The notes under the pieces were generated by a model. That model searched no databases. It had not been told where the DNA came from and saw nothing but the letters and a program-made list of their open reading frames with translations. From positions 1 through 52,767 of IMG/VR virus record IMGVR_UViG_3300034524_000183: a stretch of 52,767 nt of DNA; one strand, 5' to 3'. Position 1 is the first letter of the stretch, and each line of letters begins with the position of its first letter. The DNA comes from a virus. Its lineage: Duplodnaviria > Caudoviricetes. Shown here piece by piece: positions 45,043 through 52,767 of the stretch. Position numbers and translations under genes: made by a program.

Positions 45043-45744
45043 TTATTCCGCAGGACTTCCGCCAAACCAGAGTCCCACCTCTTTTGACATCGACGCCCAG
45101 AACTTAACGCCGTTGTGCACATAGCTGCGCGTGCCGCTACCTACAGTCAGTTCTCCTGTGGTCAGGCCAAGCCCTTTGAGTATCTTGCCGCGATCATCTG
45201 GCTGGATGCCGGGTAAGCACCCGTCCATGATTCCGCCCATAGCGAAGATCATGTCCGTTGAGGACTTGGTCGTCCCATCAGAGGTGGCGATCATCAGAGC
45301 TTCCTTCATCAGGTGGGTGCTTGTGTCTTCTGTCAGTAGCACGCCAATATTGTCGTTTACCTTATATTGAATTGAAATGCCGCCTTGCCCGCTTTGTTCT
45401 TTGACGTAGTGCATGGAAAGCGGGAGTTTGGCATCATTGCTCATGAACTGGTCAAATCGCAGCACAAAGTCATCCGTCCTGAAGGGAAACGTCTTCACTG
45501 CGCTTTGGCTCTGGGCTTGAGCCACCGGAGCGGGAGCTTCTGCAACCTTATCCTTGTTGCCTCCGCTGAAGAGATAGAGAAGCAGCAAGGCTACAAAAAT
45601 GGTCAGGCAGCCAACGTTCAACTTCTTGTTGAACTTTTTCCCGGCAGCGCGATCTTCATCCGTTATCGGGTGCCCGCATTTGGGGCAGGCTTCCGCTTGT
45701 AGCGAAACTTGCTTCTTGCAGGCAGGGCAGGGCATGGTCTTCAT
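45043..45744 (-). CDS. Zinc-ribbon, single-TM membrane protein with extracytoplasmic domain
   Basis: CPACKKQVS..AEACPKCGHP then TM segment GCLTIFVALLLLYLF; AGGAG RBS. Confidence 0.8.
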   Translation of the reverse strand: MKTMPCPACKKQVSLQAEACPKCGHPITDEDRAAGKKFNKKLNVGCLTIFVALLLLYLFSGGNKDKVAEAPAPVAQAQSQSAVKTFPFRTDDFVLRFDQFMSNDAKLPLSMHYVKEQSGQGGISIQYKVNDNIGVLLTEDTSTHLMKEALMIATSDGTTKSSTDMIFAMGGIMDGCLPGIQPDDRGKILKGLGLTTGELTVGSGTRSYVHNGVKFWASMSKEVGLWFGGSPAE

Positions 45745-45852
45745 CGCTTGTCTCCTCTCTGGTTAGGCAGTGCATACTCTCGCCAAGGCGAGCCCCTTTT
45801 GTATACACCTGCCTATAACGCCTCTTTCAACTCGTCAACATCTTGTCGGTAT

Positions 45853-46731
45853 TCAATATGTGTTAGGTTTGCCGTGTCCCGTGAGCAGCCAGTCGGTGGA
45901 TGTTCCTGTCTTTTTCCAGCAGTCCACAATCCAGTTTGCAGGCACATCGTCTGCACGGGAATGCCGAGATATGGCACTACGGTCGACCCCGATGCTCTTT
46001 GCCAGTTCGGTCTGGCTGGCCGCGCCATAGGCCATCATAAGCCGATCACAAATCTGTCCGCCGATAGGGCTGAGCAGGCGAGTTGCTATATACCAGCGTC
46101 CGCCGCCGTATCTGTTTTGATGATACTGTATCCTGAGCGTAACTTTTCTCATTCCGTCTGACCTTCGGACAATGGTTTCGCCTTTGATCACTTCTCCATC
46201 ATGGGACTTGGCCAGCTCCATCAGTTCTTGCATCCGCTGCTGTTGTAGAGGGTGAATAAGCTCTAGGAAATCAATACCGGGTGTTGACTGACTGGCGAGG
46301 GAGCCGAGGTCTGCCTTCGCTGCCAGCACAAGCCACTGATCCGAAATAATCAGCAGGTTGTCCACAGGTGTCTCGGCAAGCTGTCTGGCAATCGCTATAT
46401 CCAACTTCAGCCTTAAATCGTTTGGGCGGATAGTTGTCAGCAGAGCCGATAGCGTGCCCCCGATAACAATGGGGAGAGTTTCCCACCATACTGCATGTGG
46501 CCCTGCACTTCCTCCGTCCAGTATAACATCGCCTGCGGCTTCGGTGCCGGTGCGCATTGCTCCCGTGTCTATGTTTATACTTCCGCCTTGTATGGCAGGG
46601 GGGATTTCGTTTCCGTATTGTGCTTGGAATGCGGTGTTCATGGATGTGATACGCAGTGATGTATCCCGCAAAACAGCCGGGGATTCTATGGCACTGCACA
46701 GCGCAGAAAGTGTGGTGATAACGTCTTGCAT
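45853..46731 (-). CDS. PAS-PAS sensor fused to a C-terminal phage CI-type (186/Phage_CI_repr-like) HTH
   Basis: PAS-like AIESPAVLRDTSLRITSMNTAF and GIDFLELIHP...IVRRSDG; HTH DRLMMAYGAASQTELAKSIGVDRSAIS...VPANW...DWLLTG. Confidence 0.75.
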   Translation of the reverse strand: MQDVITTLSALCSAIESPAVLRDTSLRITSMNTAFQAQYGNEIPPAIQGGSINIDTGAMRTGTEAAGDVILDGGSAGPHAVWWETLPIVIGGTLSALLTTIRPNDLRLKLDIAIARQLAETPVDNLLIISDQWLVLAAKADLGSLASQSTPGIDFLELIHPLQQQRMQELMELAKSHDGEVIKGETIVRRSDGMRKVTLRIQYHQNRYGGGRWYIATRLLSPIGGQICDRLMMAYGAASQTELAKSIGVDRSAISRHSRADDVPANWIVDCWKKTGTSTDWLLTGHGKPNTY

Positions 46732-46859
46732 GTTGACCTCAGAGCAATTTGTTGACGTAAAGTCACGTTAAACACTAAACGCGCAGCTTGGTCTTGACCA
46801 ATCCATAATCAAACGGGATACATATATCGCACAGACGCACTGCAATAGATTGGAGGAAC

Positions 46860-47078
46860 ATGATGTCTGATCCGGTATTCAGTTCTGAAGAACGTATCGA
46901 TTTGGTCGTGGAGGTGCAGGGGGTAGCTGACGGAGTGAGTGATATGCGCGGGAACGTCTTAGGCGTAGGCAACCAGCATATCATGCTGCTGATGGCGAGA
47001 CAGTTGGAGTGCATTGCCAGAATAATGGCAACACGATGCTCAGATTGCCCGATTTGCACAGGGCAATCGAAGAATTAA
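46860..47078 (+). CDS. Stand-alone small ORF with C-terminal CxxCxxC
   Basis: GGAGG RBS; divergent from the PAS-HTH gene and followed directly by a hairpin. Confidence 0.65.
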   Translation: MMSDPVFSSEERIDLVVEVQGVADGVSDMRGNVLGVGNQHIMLLMARQLECIARIMATRCSDCPICTGQSKN

Positions 47079-47080
47079 AT

Positions 47081-47113
47081 CAGGGCGGGAAAGCGGATTG
47101 CCTTCCCGCCCTG
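47081..47113. terminator. Hairpin between convergent genes
   Basis: CAGGGCGGGAA...TTCCCGCCCTG. Confidence 0.65.
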
Positions 47114-47122
47114 CTTAACTTG

Positions 47123-47500
47123 CTAGCCAATAGTCCATAAGTCGTCGTAGTGGATGCCGTTGGACACCAGCACCCGTTTTGCTAACTCTTGGGACGATGC
47201 CGGAACAACCGGAATAAAGCGGCCATTGTTCTGTTTTGCATATGCCGAAAACAGCTCCCATTGACTTAGAGTGTGGCTGTCTTCAATGGAGTCAGCAGTC
47301 TCGACTTCAAACACGTAAATCGTCCCTGACAATTTTGCGGTCACGTCAGGGATATGCCCGCTACTCTGTCCCTTCCAAGTAATGACGCCAGGCTGTGCCC
47401 CGCCAATATGGTCGGCCAATATGTTTGAGTAGCCGTGGGCCTTCAAGTGATCATAGACAGTCTGTACCATCGATTTGTGTGTGGCTTCAGATTTGCGCAT
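47123..47500 (-). CDS. Small PD-(D/E)xK-fold-like protein
   Basis: H....(helix)...PDVTA......VFEVET; GGAGG RBS; directly downstream of cI. Confidence 0.65.
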   Translation of the reverse strand: MRKSEATHKSMVQTVYDHLKAHGYSNILADHIGGAQPGVITWKGQSSGHIPDVTAKLSGTIYVFEVETADSIEDSHTLSQWELFSAYAKQNNGRFIPVVPASSQELAKRVLVSNGIHYDDLWTIG

Positions 47501-47582
47501 CTACCCTCCAATTAATAAGATTTGCGCGCGAATCTATCAAAAAAGGAAATCCTATACTACGAGATTTTTTCCTAGAATAGAC

Positions 47583-48533
47583 CTACATCCTTCGCTTCAC
47601 GTACACCACGGGGGCAACACGTTTAATGTGCTCCTGTGCGATCTCAAGATCAAAAGGCTGCTGTATTCCGCCGTTTCGACGCGGGAGCCAGCCCTGCAGC
47701 CTGACGAACCCCTTCCTCTCTGCCGGGCCATGCCAGAGCTTGATGGTTGCAGAACCATCGGCCTGTTCCACATAGACGGCATCTCCGGCCTCCGGCTCTC
47801 TGGACGGGTCGCAGTAGCAGACAAACCCTTCCCTGATCCCTTCCGGCAGCATCGAATCTCCCACCGGCAGCACTGCAACGGCATCCGGCCCAAGGCCCGG
47901 TAGACGCTCTGTGGTCACCGCCATGCGGCGGGTACATTCCCAGCCTTCCACGCCGCACTGAGCAAGGCCAGTCACCTGCATTGCCTCTGGCGGGACGGGA
48001 AGCGCCGGAACCACCGGGGGGATAGACTCCGACTCCGCTCTATCCTCAAACGGTTCACCAATGCCGAGCAGGAGCCAGTCCGGCGAAATGTGCAGACGGC
48101 GGGAAAGCAGCTCAAGATCGTCCGCGTTGGGCAACTGCCCCTTCTCCCATCCTTGGGCCCTTCCATAGCTCAATCCGAGGTCGCGTCCAAAGGCTGTTAC
48201 TGAAACGGGCATCTTGTCTCGAACTGCTCTCGTGCTCCATTGTCTGTAAATAACTTGAAACTGAGATTTCCAGTCTGGTGGTGTGGCATTTTCAGACAAT
48301 CTTTGCCCCAAGAAGGGATTCCCCTCTCTTAGTATGAGCCATTGTGGGGACAGGCCTAGCTTATGTGTCAGCATACGCATGTCTTCGACGTTTGGCCTTT
48401 GTCCTCGGCCCCACGCTTCCACTTTTCCCGGAGTTATCTCTAGGAATTGGGCGATGCTGCGAAGCGTAACTCCGCCTCGTTTGCCTGACATTTCAGATGA
48501 AAATTTATTCTTAATAATATCTAGTAGTTGCAT
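47583..48533 (-). CDS. cI: CI/LexA-like repressor with two tandem HTH domains and an S24 peptidase domain
   Basis: Two HTH repeats (W.RGQRP...LSPQWL and WEKGQLP...ISPDWL), AQCG cleavage-like site, GDSM Ser and TIK Lys; divergent from the early operon. Confidence 0.88.
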   Translation of the reverse strand: MQLLDIIKNKFSSEMSGKRGGVTLRSIAQFLEITPGKVEAWGRGQRPNVEDMRMLTHKLGLSPQWLILREGNPFLGQRLSENATPPDWKSQFQVIYRQWSTRAVRDKMPVSVTAFGRDLGLSYGRAQGWEKGQLPNADDLELLSRRLHISPDWLLLGIGEPFEDRAESESIPPVVPALPVPPEAMQVTGLAQCGVEGWECTRRMAVTTERLPGLGPDAVAVLPVGDSMLPEGIREGFVCYCDPSREPEAGDAVYVEQADGSATIKLWHGPAERKGFVRLQGWLPRRNGGIQQPFDLEIAQEHIKRVAPVVYVKRRM

Positions 48534-48660
48534 TGTCTTTTATTAAAAACCCATCTTTGTCGTCTGAAATTTCTTTGACAATATGAATTTTTAGACTAAA
48601 CATTAACCCCACACAGCAAGAACACCACGAACGACTGCCATCGTTCAATACAACACGGGG

Positions 48661-48942
48661 GTGTTAATGTTTAACCCATCAGAAACCAACGCGCAACACG
48701 ATCAATCGTCGGCAATCGTTCCCTCTGTCGGGGATCTGCGTCGCATCTGGATGCGCAGACAGAAGCCGCCTGTCACTCTGACTTATCTTGCAAAGCTTTC
48801 CCGCGTATCAGTTCCGCGCATGTTGGCCGTTCTTCACCAAGAGGCTGCGTCTGAACATCACATTGCGGCAATGCGGCAAGTCGGCATGCCTGAAGATCTC
48901 CTGCCCTCTTTGCCTGGTCACGCCAGCTCAGGAGCAGAGTAG
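48661..48942 (+). CDS. Cro-position small DNA-binding protein
   Basis: Divergent from cI; HTH-like TLTYLAKLSRVSVPRM. Confidence 0.55.
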   Translation: MLMFNPSETNAQHDQSSAIVPSVGDLRRIWMRRQKPPVTLTYLAKLSRVSVPRMLAVLHQEAASEHHIAAMRQVGMPEDLLPSLPGHASSGAE

Positions 48943-48944
48943 TC

Positions 48945-49403
48945 ATGAGCAAGGCAACCCTGCTTCCCCTCTGTCCTCAATCTACCCCGGCTATTTCCGG
49001 GCACGCGCAGTGGCTAATATTTCATGCTCCTTACGAGCCGCATCGCCCCTCCACAGCTCCCATTGCGTACCGGTACCGGATTGAAACGCCGGTACGCATG
49101 GGAGAACCTACGAAAATTTCATGTCCGGCGCTCGGTCTGAGGTTGGTTGGCTCCGGAGGCATCCTGTCTGACTTTGTGCGCATAGCCAGAGCAGACGCTG
49201 AAATGCGGACAGGGCAATCATTCCCGATTCCCGCACCGGAACAGCGGACCCAGCCTGATGCATGGCGATTCTATACGTCCAGCTGCACTCCTGTGTCGGC
49301 TATTGATCAGCGCGACATGCTTACCGGCATTCCCATCCTCTACGGTTATAACCCCAGATTCCATCGGCGTTATGACGTTTCCGCCGCTCAGAACATTTCC
49401 TGA
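48945..49403 (+). CDS. Hypothetical protein
   Basis: 152 aa ORF in the early operon. Confidence 0.5.
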   Translation: MSKATLLPLCPQSTPAISGHAQWLIFHAPYEPHRPSTAPIAYRYRIETPVRMGEPTKISCPALGLRLVGSGGILSDFVRIARADAEMRTGQSFPIPAPEQRTQPDAWRFYTSSCTPVSAIDQRDMLTGIPILYGYNPRFHRRYDVSAAQNIS

Positions 49404-49475
49404 AACACGGTCCATTCTCAAGACATTATCGCACCGCAGTAAGCCTGACTACGAGAATTACAAGGAGCTTTTCTC

Positions 49476-49946
49476 ATGGCGAGCCCGCACAACCAACGCA
49501 AATATGACAGCCTGCTTGACCTGATTCAGGACTTGGTGAAGCACGCCCCCAACGGCTTGCCTGCAGAGAAGGTGGCCGAGCAGTTGGGCAAGGCCTACTC
49601 CACACTGATGAATGAGCTGAATTCCGAGCTGCCCAATCACAAGTTCGGCCTGATTTCTCTCATTCCCCTCATGAACGCCGTCGACTCTGACCTACCTGCC
49701 CACTACATTGCGGGCGCTCGCCATGGCGTGTTCGTCAAGCTGCCCCGTGGCGGCAAGCTGGTGGAGAAGACCGAGCGGCAGGCGCTGGCCTGCGTGAAAG
49801 AATTCGGCGAGCTCATGGGCGAAGTGCACGATGCACTGCAAAGCGATTCCATTGAGCCGCATGAGCGCAAGCGCATTGCAAAGGAAGGCTACGAGGCCTT
49901 GCAGGCCATCCTCACCCTGCTCAAGTGCATTGAGGAGGAGGCCTAG
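49476..49946 (+). CDS. Phage regulatory protein, CII/CP76-like
   Basis: VAEQLGKAYSTLMNELN...HKFG...KEFGEL...D.I...E...I; AAGGAG RBS. Confidence 0.8.
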   Translation: MASPHNQRKYDSLLDLIQDLVKHAPNGLPAEKVAEQLGKAYSTLMNELNSELPNHKFGLISLIPLMNAVDSDLPAHYIAGARHGVFVKLPRGGKLVEKTERQALACVKEFGELMGEVHDALQSDSIEPHERKRIAKEGYEALQAILTLLKCIEEEA

Positions 49947-49948
49947 CC

Positions 49949-50254
49949 ATGTCTGAGCGTCCCTTCAGCATTAACGGCCAGCAGTTCGTGGCAATCGCGG
50001 ACAGTGACTTCTTCAAGCCCGACTATGGGCTGAAGCCCTTCAGCGAAGACGCTTTCTTCGCCCGCCACGTCGGTACCGGCTGCCTTGCCGTTATTTCCGA
50101 CGACCACTTCAGCTTCCAGCTTCTGCCCGAGTGCATCGCCAGCATTGAAGATGCTCATCAAATTTTCGCCTTTGCAGCTCGTTGGTACCAGCGAGGCAAG
50201 TTCCATGGTGCCGACGAGCAAAAGAGCAATATACGCCGCGCTCTGGGCGTATGA
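49949..50254 (+). CDS. Hypothetical protein
   Basis: GGAGG RBS, in the early operon. Confidence 0.6.
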   Translation: MSERPFSINGQQFVAIADSDFFKPDYGLKPFSEDAFFARHVGTGCLAVISDDHFSFQLLPECIASIEDAHQIFAFAARWYQRGKFHGADEQKSNIRRALGV

Positions 50255-50279
50255 CCCATAACACACAGGAGGTTCCCGC

Positions 50280-50750
50280 ATGCCTACCGAGTTCAGCTTT
50301 GACGAGTGTTTCAACCGTATTCGCACCGGAGTTCTTACCGCCACTGCAGGCGCAGTTGATCCGCGCACGCAGGTGGTGCTGGCGGATATTCTCGACATCC
50401 GCCAGTCCAGCATTTCTGACGCCAAGCGCCGGAACACCTTGCCCCCCGAATGGCTTCTCAAGCTGCAGCGCGCCTATGGCTTGAATCCTGACTGGATCGA
50501 GTTCGGCACCGGCGGGCAGTTCGTCATCGCCAGCGACGATCCGCAGGACATGGTTCTCGGCTCCGAAAAGGAACGCCTGCTGGAAGCCGCCACCGTGAAG
50601 GCCCGCGAGCAGCTTCTGGAAAGCATGACGCTGGAAGAGGCCAAGGCCCTGATTCTGGATCTGCTGCCTGAAGGCGCAACTGTTGATGTGCATTTCAATC
50701 AGAGCTGGACCAAGGTTGCAGCCGCCGCTCCTGCGCACAGGGAGCAATAG
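50280..50750 (+). CDS. Phage CI-type (Phage_CI_repr-like) HTH protein
   Basis: TQVVLADILDIRQSSISDAKRR..LPPEWL......LNPDWI..G.G. Confidence 0.85.
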   Translation: MPTEFSFDECFNRIRTGVLTATAGAVDPRTQVVLADILDIRQSSISDAKRRNTLPPEWLLKLQRAYGLNPDWIEFGTGGQFVIASDDPQDMVLGSEKERLLEAATVKAREQLLESMTLEEAKALILDLLPEGATVDVHFNQSWTKVAAAAPAHREQ

Positions 50751-50752
50751 CC

Positions 50753-50980
50753 ATGCAGCAATCCACCATCACCATTATTCCCATGGGCCAGCGCTCGCCC
50801 AACCCCTTCGAGCTGAAGCTTATCGCCTTGGCTCTGGCCGACATGACCCGCACCAACGATCTGAATTCCGCATGGGTCGAAGCTCAGCGCTCCGGCGCTG
50901 TGATCGAAGTATCTCCTGACGGCCATGCTCGGGTGATCCGGGCCGAAGACCTCCGTCCCGAGGTAGCCCATGCGCAGTAG
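50753..50980 (+). CDS. Hypothetical protein
   Basis: GGAG RBS, coupled to the previous gene. Confidence 0.55.
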   Translation: MQQSTITIIPMGQRSPNPFELKLIALALADMTRTNDLNSAWVEAQRSGAVIEVSPDGHARVIRAEDLRPEVAHAQ

Positions 50981-51168
50981 CATCCTGCATCCCCATCCGG
51001 ATCATCCCCCCTGATCCTCGCGCCCTGTGGAGCCGGTTCCCGGCTCCCGTCGATGCCGCGTCGAACTGACTCCACCGCACGCTGCATCGTAGGTGACGGG
51101 AACACCTAGCCGGGGGGAGGCACACCTTCCCCCGGCTCCCCCCGCACAAACGGAAACGGGAGGTCGCC

Positions 51169-51378
51169 ATGGACGATTCAGCAGCAATTCGCCGACTGGC
51201 AGACGAGATCGAAAGCAAGCTCGCACGACTGACGAAAATGCAGGGCCTTACAGGCTCGGACCACTGCGACTTGATTGTTGCCAAGGGCAAGATCTCGGCA
51301 ATCCGCGACCGCCACAGGGCCAAGCTGGGGTTTATCCCCAAAGGAGAAACAGATGCACGCATTGACCAGAATCATTGA
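51169..51378 (+). CDS. Hypothetical protein
   Basis: GGAGG RBS. Confidence 0.55.
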   Translation: MDDSAAIRRLADEIESKLARLTKMQGLTGSDHCDLIVAKGKISAIRDRHRAKLGFIPKGETDARIDQNH

Positions 51379-51514
51379 GAAGGTTCCGCATGATCCGCTG
51401 ATGATCGCGTTCCTCGGCGGCATGGCTGTGCTCATTGTCAGCGTTATCGCCATGTGGATTGTAACCACGGTGTGGAGCCGTGCAGAGCGGAGGGGCATAT
51501 GGCCGCTGAATTAA
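51353..51514 (+). CDS. Small membrane protein
   Basis: AAGGAG RBS; one TM segment. Confidence 0.55.
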   Translation: MHALTRIIEKVPHDPLMIAFLGGMAVLIVSVIAMWIVTTVWSRAERRGIWPLN

Positions 51515-51702
51515 CCGTGCAGGCGCAGTTGCCGCTGGTGTGGGCACAGCTTGTTGAGCTGGCAGCCATTAACACCACATGGATGGACCAGGGCCTGCCG
51601 CTTTCTGATCCGCAGCAGTTGCTTGATGTCGCTGCCAAGATGGATGCGATGGCCGGAGAGATCCGGATTCTCGCTCAGCTCGTGGAGGCAGGCCATGCCT
51701 AA
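51499..51702 (+). CDS. Hypothetical protein
   Basis: GGAGG RBS; overlaps its neighbours. Confidence 0.5.
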   Translation: MAAELTVQAQLPLVWAQLVELAAINTTWMDQGLPLSDPQQLLDVAAKMDAMAGEIRILAQLVEAGHA

Positions 51703-52072
51703 CGTGCCATGCGATCAATGCGGCAAGGAATTCCACGCCTCCCCCAGCAGGCTTGCTGCCGGTGCACGCTACTGCTCCCGCGCCTGCTATCAGGAGGCGA
51801 ATAAGCGCATGGCGGACGGCGAGTGCGCATGGTGCGGCAAGGTGTTTAAGAAGCAGAACTCACGCCAGAAACACTGCTCCACCGATTGTGCCCGATCCGC
51901 CCAGCAGGATGCTGCACGGAACACCGTTCTGGCAAAGCAGATAGCCGCTGCCAAGGGCCGTTCCAGTTCCGGTTTCGGGCTCTTTGACGACCCGTGGACC
52001 ACCGGAGATGTGAAGCCCGACCGCTACGGCAGAGACCTGTACCGGACGCCTGACTTCGGGCTCGGTTTCTAG
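51695..52072 (+). CDS. Double treble-clef Zn-finger protein ending PDFGLGF
   Basis: CDQCGKEF...YCSRAC and CAWCGKVF...HCSTDC. Confidence 0.75.
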   Translation: MPNVPCDQCGKEFHASPSRLAAGARYCSRACYQEANKRMADGECAWCGKVFKKQNSRQKHCSTDCARSAQQDAARNTVLAKQIAAAKGRSSSGFGLFDDPWTTGDVKPDRYGRDLYRTPDFGLGF

Positions 52073-52082
52073 GGAGGCGCGA

Positions 52083-52451
52083 ATGGCCGAATCAAAAGCA
52101 GAAGGCTGGCGGCGCATTCCGGGCTTTGAGCAATACGAAATCAACATACACGGCGTTATCCGCGCTCTGCCTGCCCGGCACAAGATGGTTCGCAAGGGCA
52201 ACTTTATCGTGCTTTGGGCAGGTGGGGAGAGGGTGAAGTGCTGCATCGGCGAGATGCTGGTGCGTGCATGGGCTCCGGAGCTGGACCGCACCGGGCTGCA
52301 GATAGAGGCCCTGACGCTGGAACGCGACAAGTACAAGCGCCGCGTAGTGGAGCTGAAGGAAGAGCTGGAACGCCATGTAACGGGAGTGGCCAGCCGAAAT
52401 TTTTCTGACGGGGATTATCACAGAGAGCCGGACTTCGGGCTCGGTTTCTAA
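52083..52451 (+). CDS. NUMOD4-like domain protein ending PDFGLGF
   Basis: WRRIPGFEQYEINIHGVIR, then a coiled coil. Confidence 0.7.
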   Translation: MAESKAEGWRRIPGFEQYEINIHGVIRALPARHKMVRKGNFIVLWAGGERVKCCIGEMLVRAWAPELDRTGLQIEALTLERDKYKRRVVELKEELERHVTGVASRNFSDGDYHREPDFGLGF

Positions 52452-52473
52452 CAGGGATAAGGGAGGAACAACC

Positions 52474-52767
52474 ATGACCAGAAAAGCACTTATTGAAGCG
52501 ATTCAGGACCAGCTTGCCCTCAAAAAAGAGTGGGTAACCGAAGAAACCGTTGCCTCTGTGCTTCGGGCCACCCTTGATGCCATGTCGCTGCAGCTTGCTG
52601 AGGGCGATGGGCTACAGATTCATGGCTTCGGATCATTCCGCGTTGTGGACCGCGCCGAGCGCATTGGTCGCCATCCCGGTACCGGCGAGATGATGCAGAT
52701 CCCGTTCTCGCGCACGGTGAAGTTCATCCCCAGCGCCGCGCTGAAAGACGCGGTCAACGTGATGTAG
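52474..52767 (+). CDS. HU/IHF-family DNA-binding protein
   Basis: MTRKALI...IHGFGSF...RAERIGRHPGTGE...VKF.PS..LK. Confidence 0.92.
   Translation: MTRKALIEAIQDQLALKKEWVTEETVASVLRATLDAMSLQLAEGDGLQIHGFGSFRVVDRAERIGRHPGTGEMMQIPFSRTVKFIPSAALKDAVNVM

Larger units (their letters stand above)
15973..52767 (+). mobile_element. Prophage 2: temperate myovirus with lambda-like head and P2-like contractile tail; right end outside the window
   Basis: Full set of replication, packaging, head, lysis, tail, immunity and early genes, starting right after the tRNA 3' fragment. Confidence 0.9.

Overview
The window holds two different prophages in tandem that meet at a tRNA-Leu(TAA) attachment site at about 15.8-16.0 kb. 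Prophage 1 (1 to ~15.93 kb) is the right-hand part of an integrated T7-like podophage (Autographiviridae-type). It has internal virion proteins, a gp17-type tail fibre with lectin-like domains, a holin-like gene and small/large terminase. These are followed by the fused genome-end region (antisense lipoprotein, tandem sigma70 promoters, boxA, repeated putative phage promoters), early genes including ardA, a MarR-type regulator, a tyrosine integrase and a complete tRNA-Leu(TAA). Prophage 2 (~15.97 kb to beyond the window end) is a myovirus with a lambda-like head and a P2-like contractile tail. In order it carries a lambda-like cos next to the att junction, helicase/primase, ParB-methylase, terminase, portal, protease, capsid, lysis genes, tail, baseplate and fibre. 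An accessory/immunity region and early genes up to an HU-like gene follow. The most striking candidate for a new system is a PAS-PAS-CI-type HTH regulator facing a divergent, stand-alone 72-aa small ORF beside the double-HTH cI. This may be a signal-sensing, SOS-independent induction module in a polylysogen. All family assignments come from motif recognition by eye; no database searches were run.
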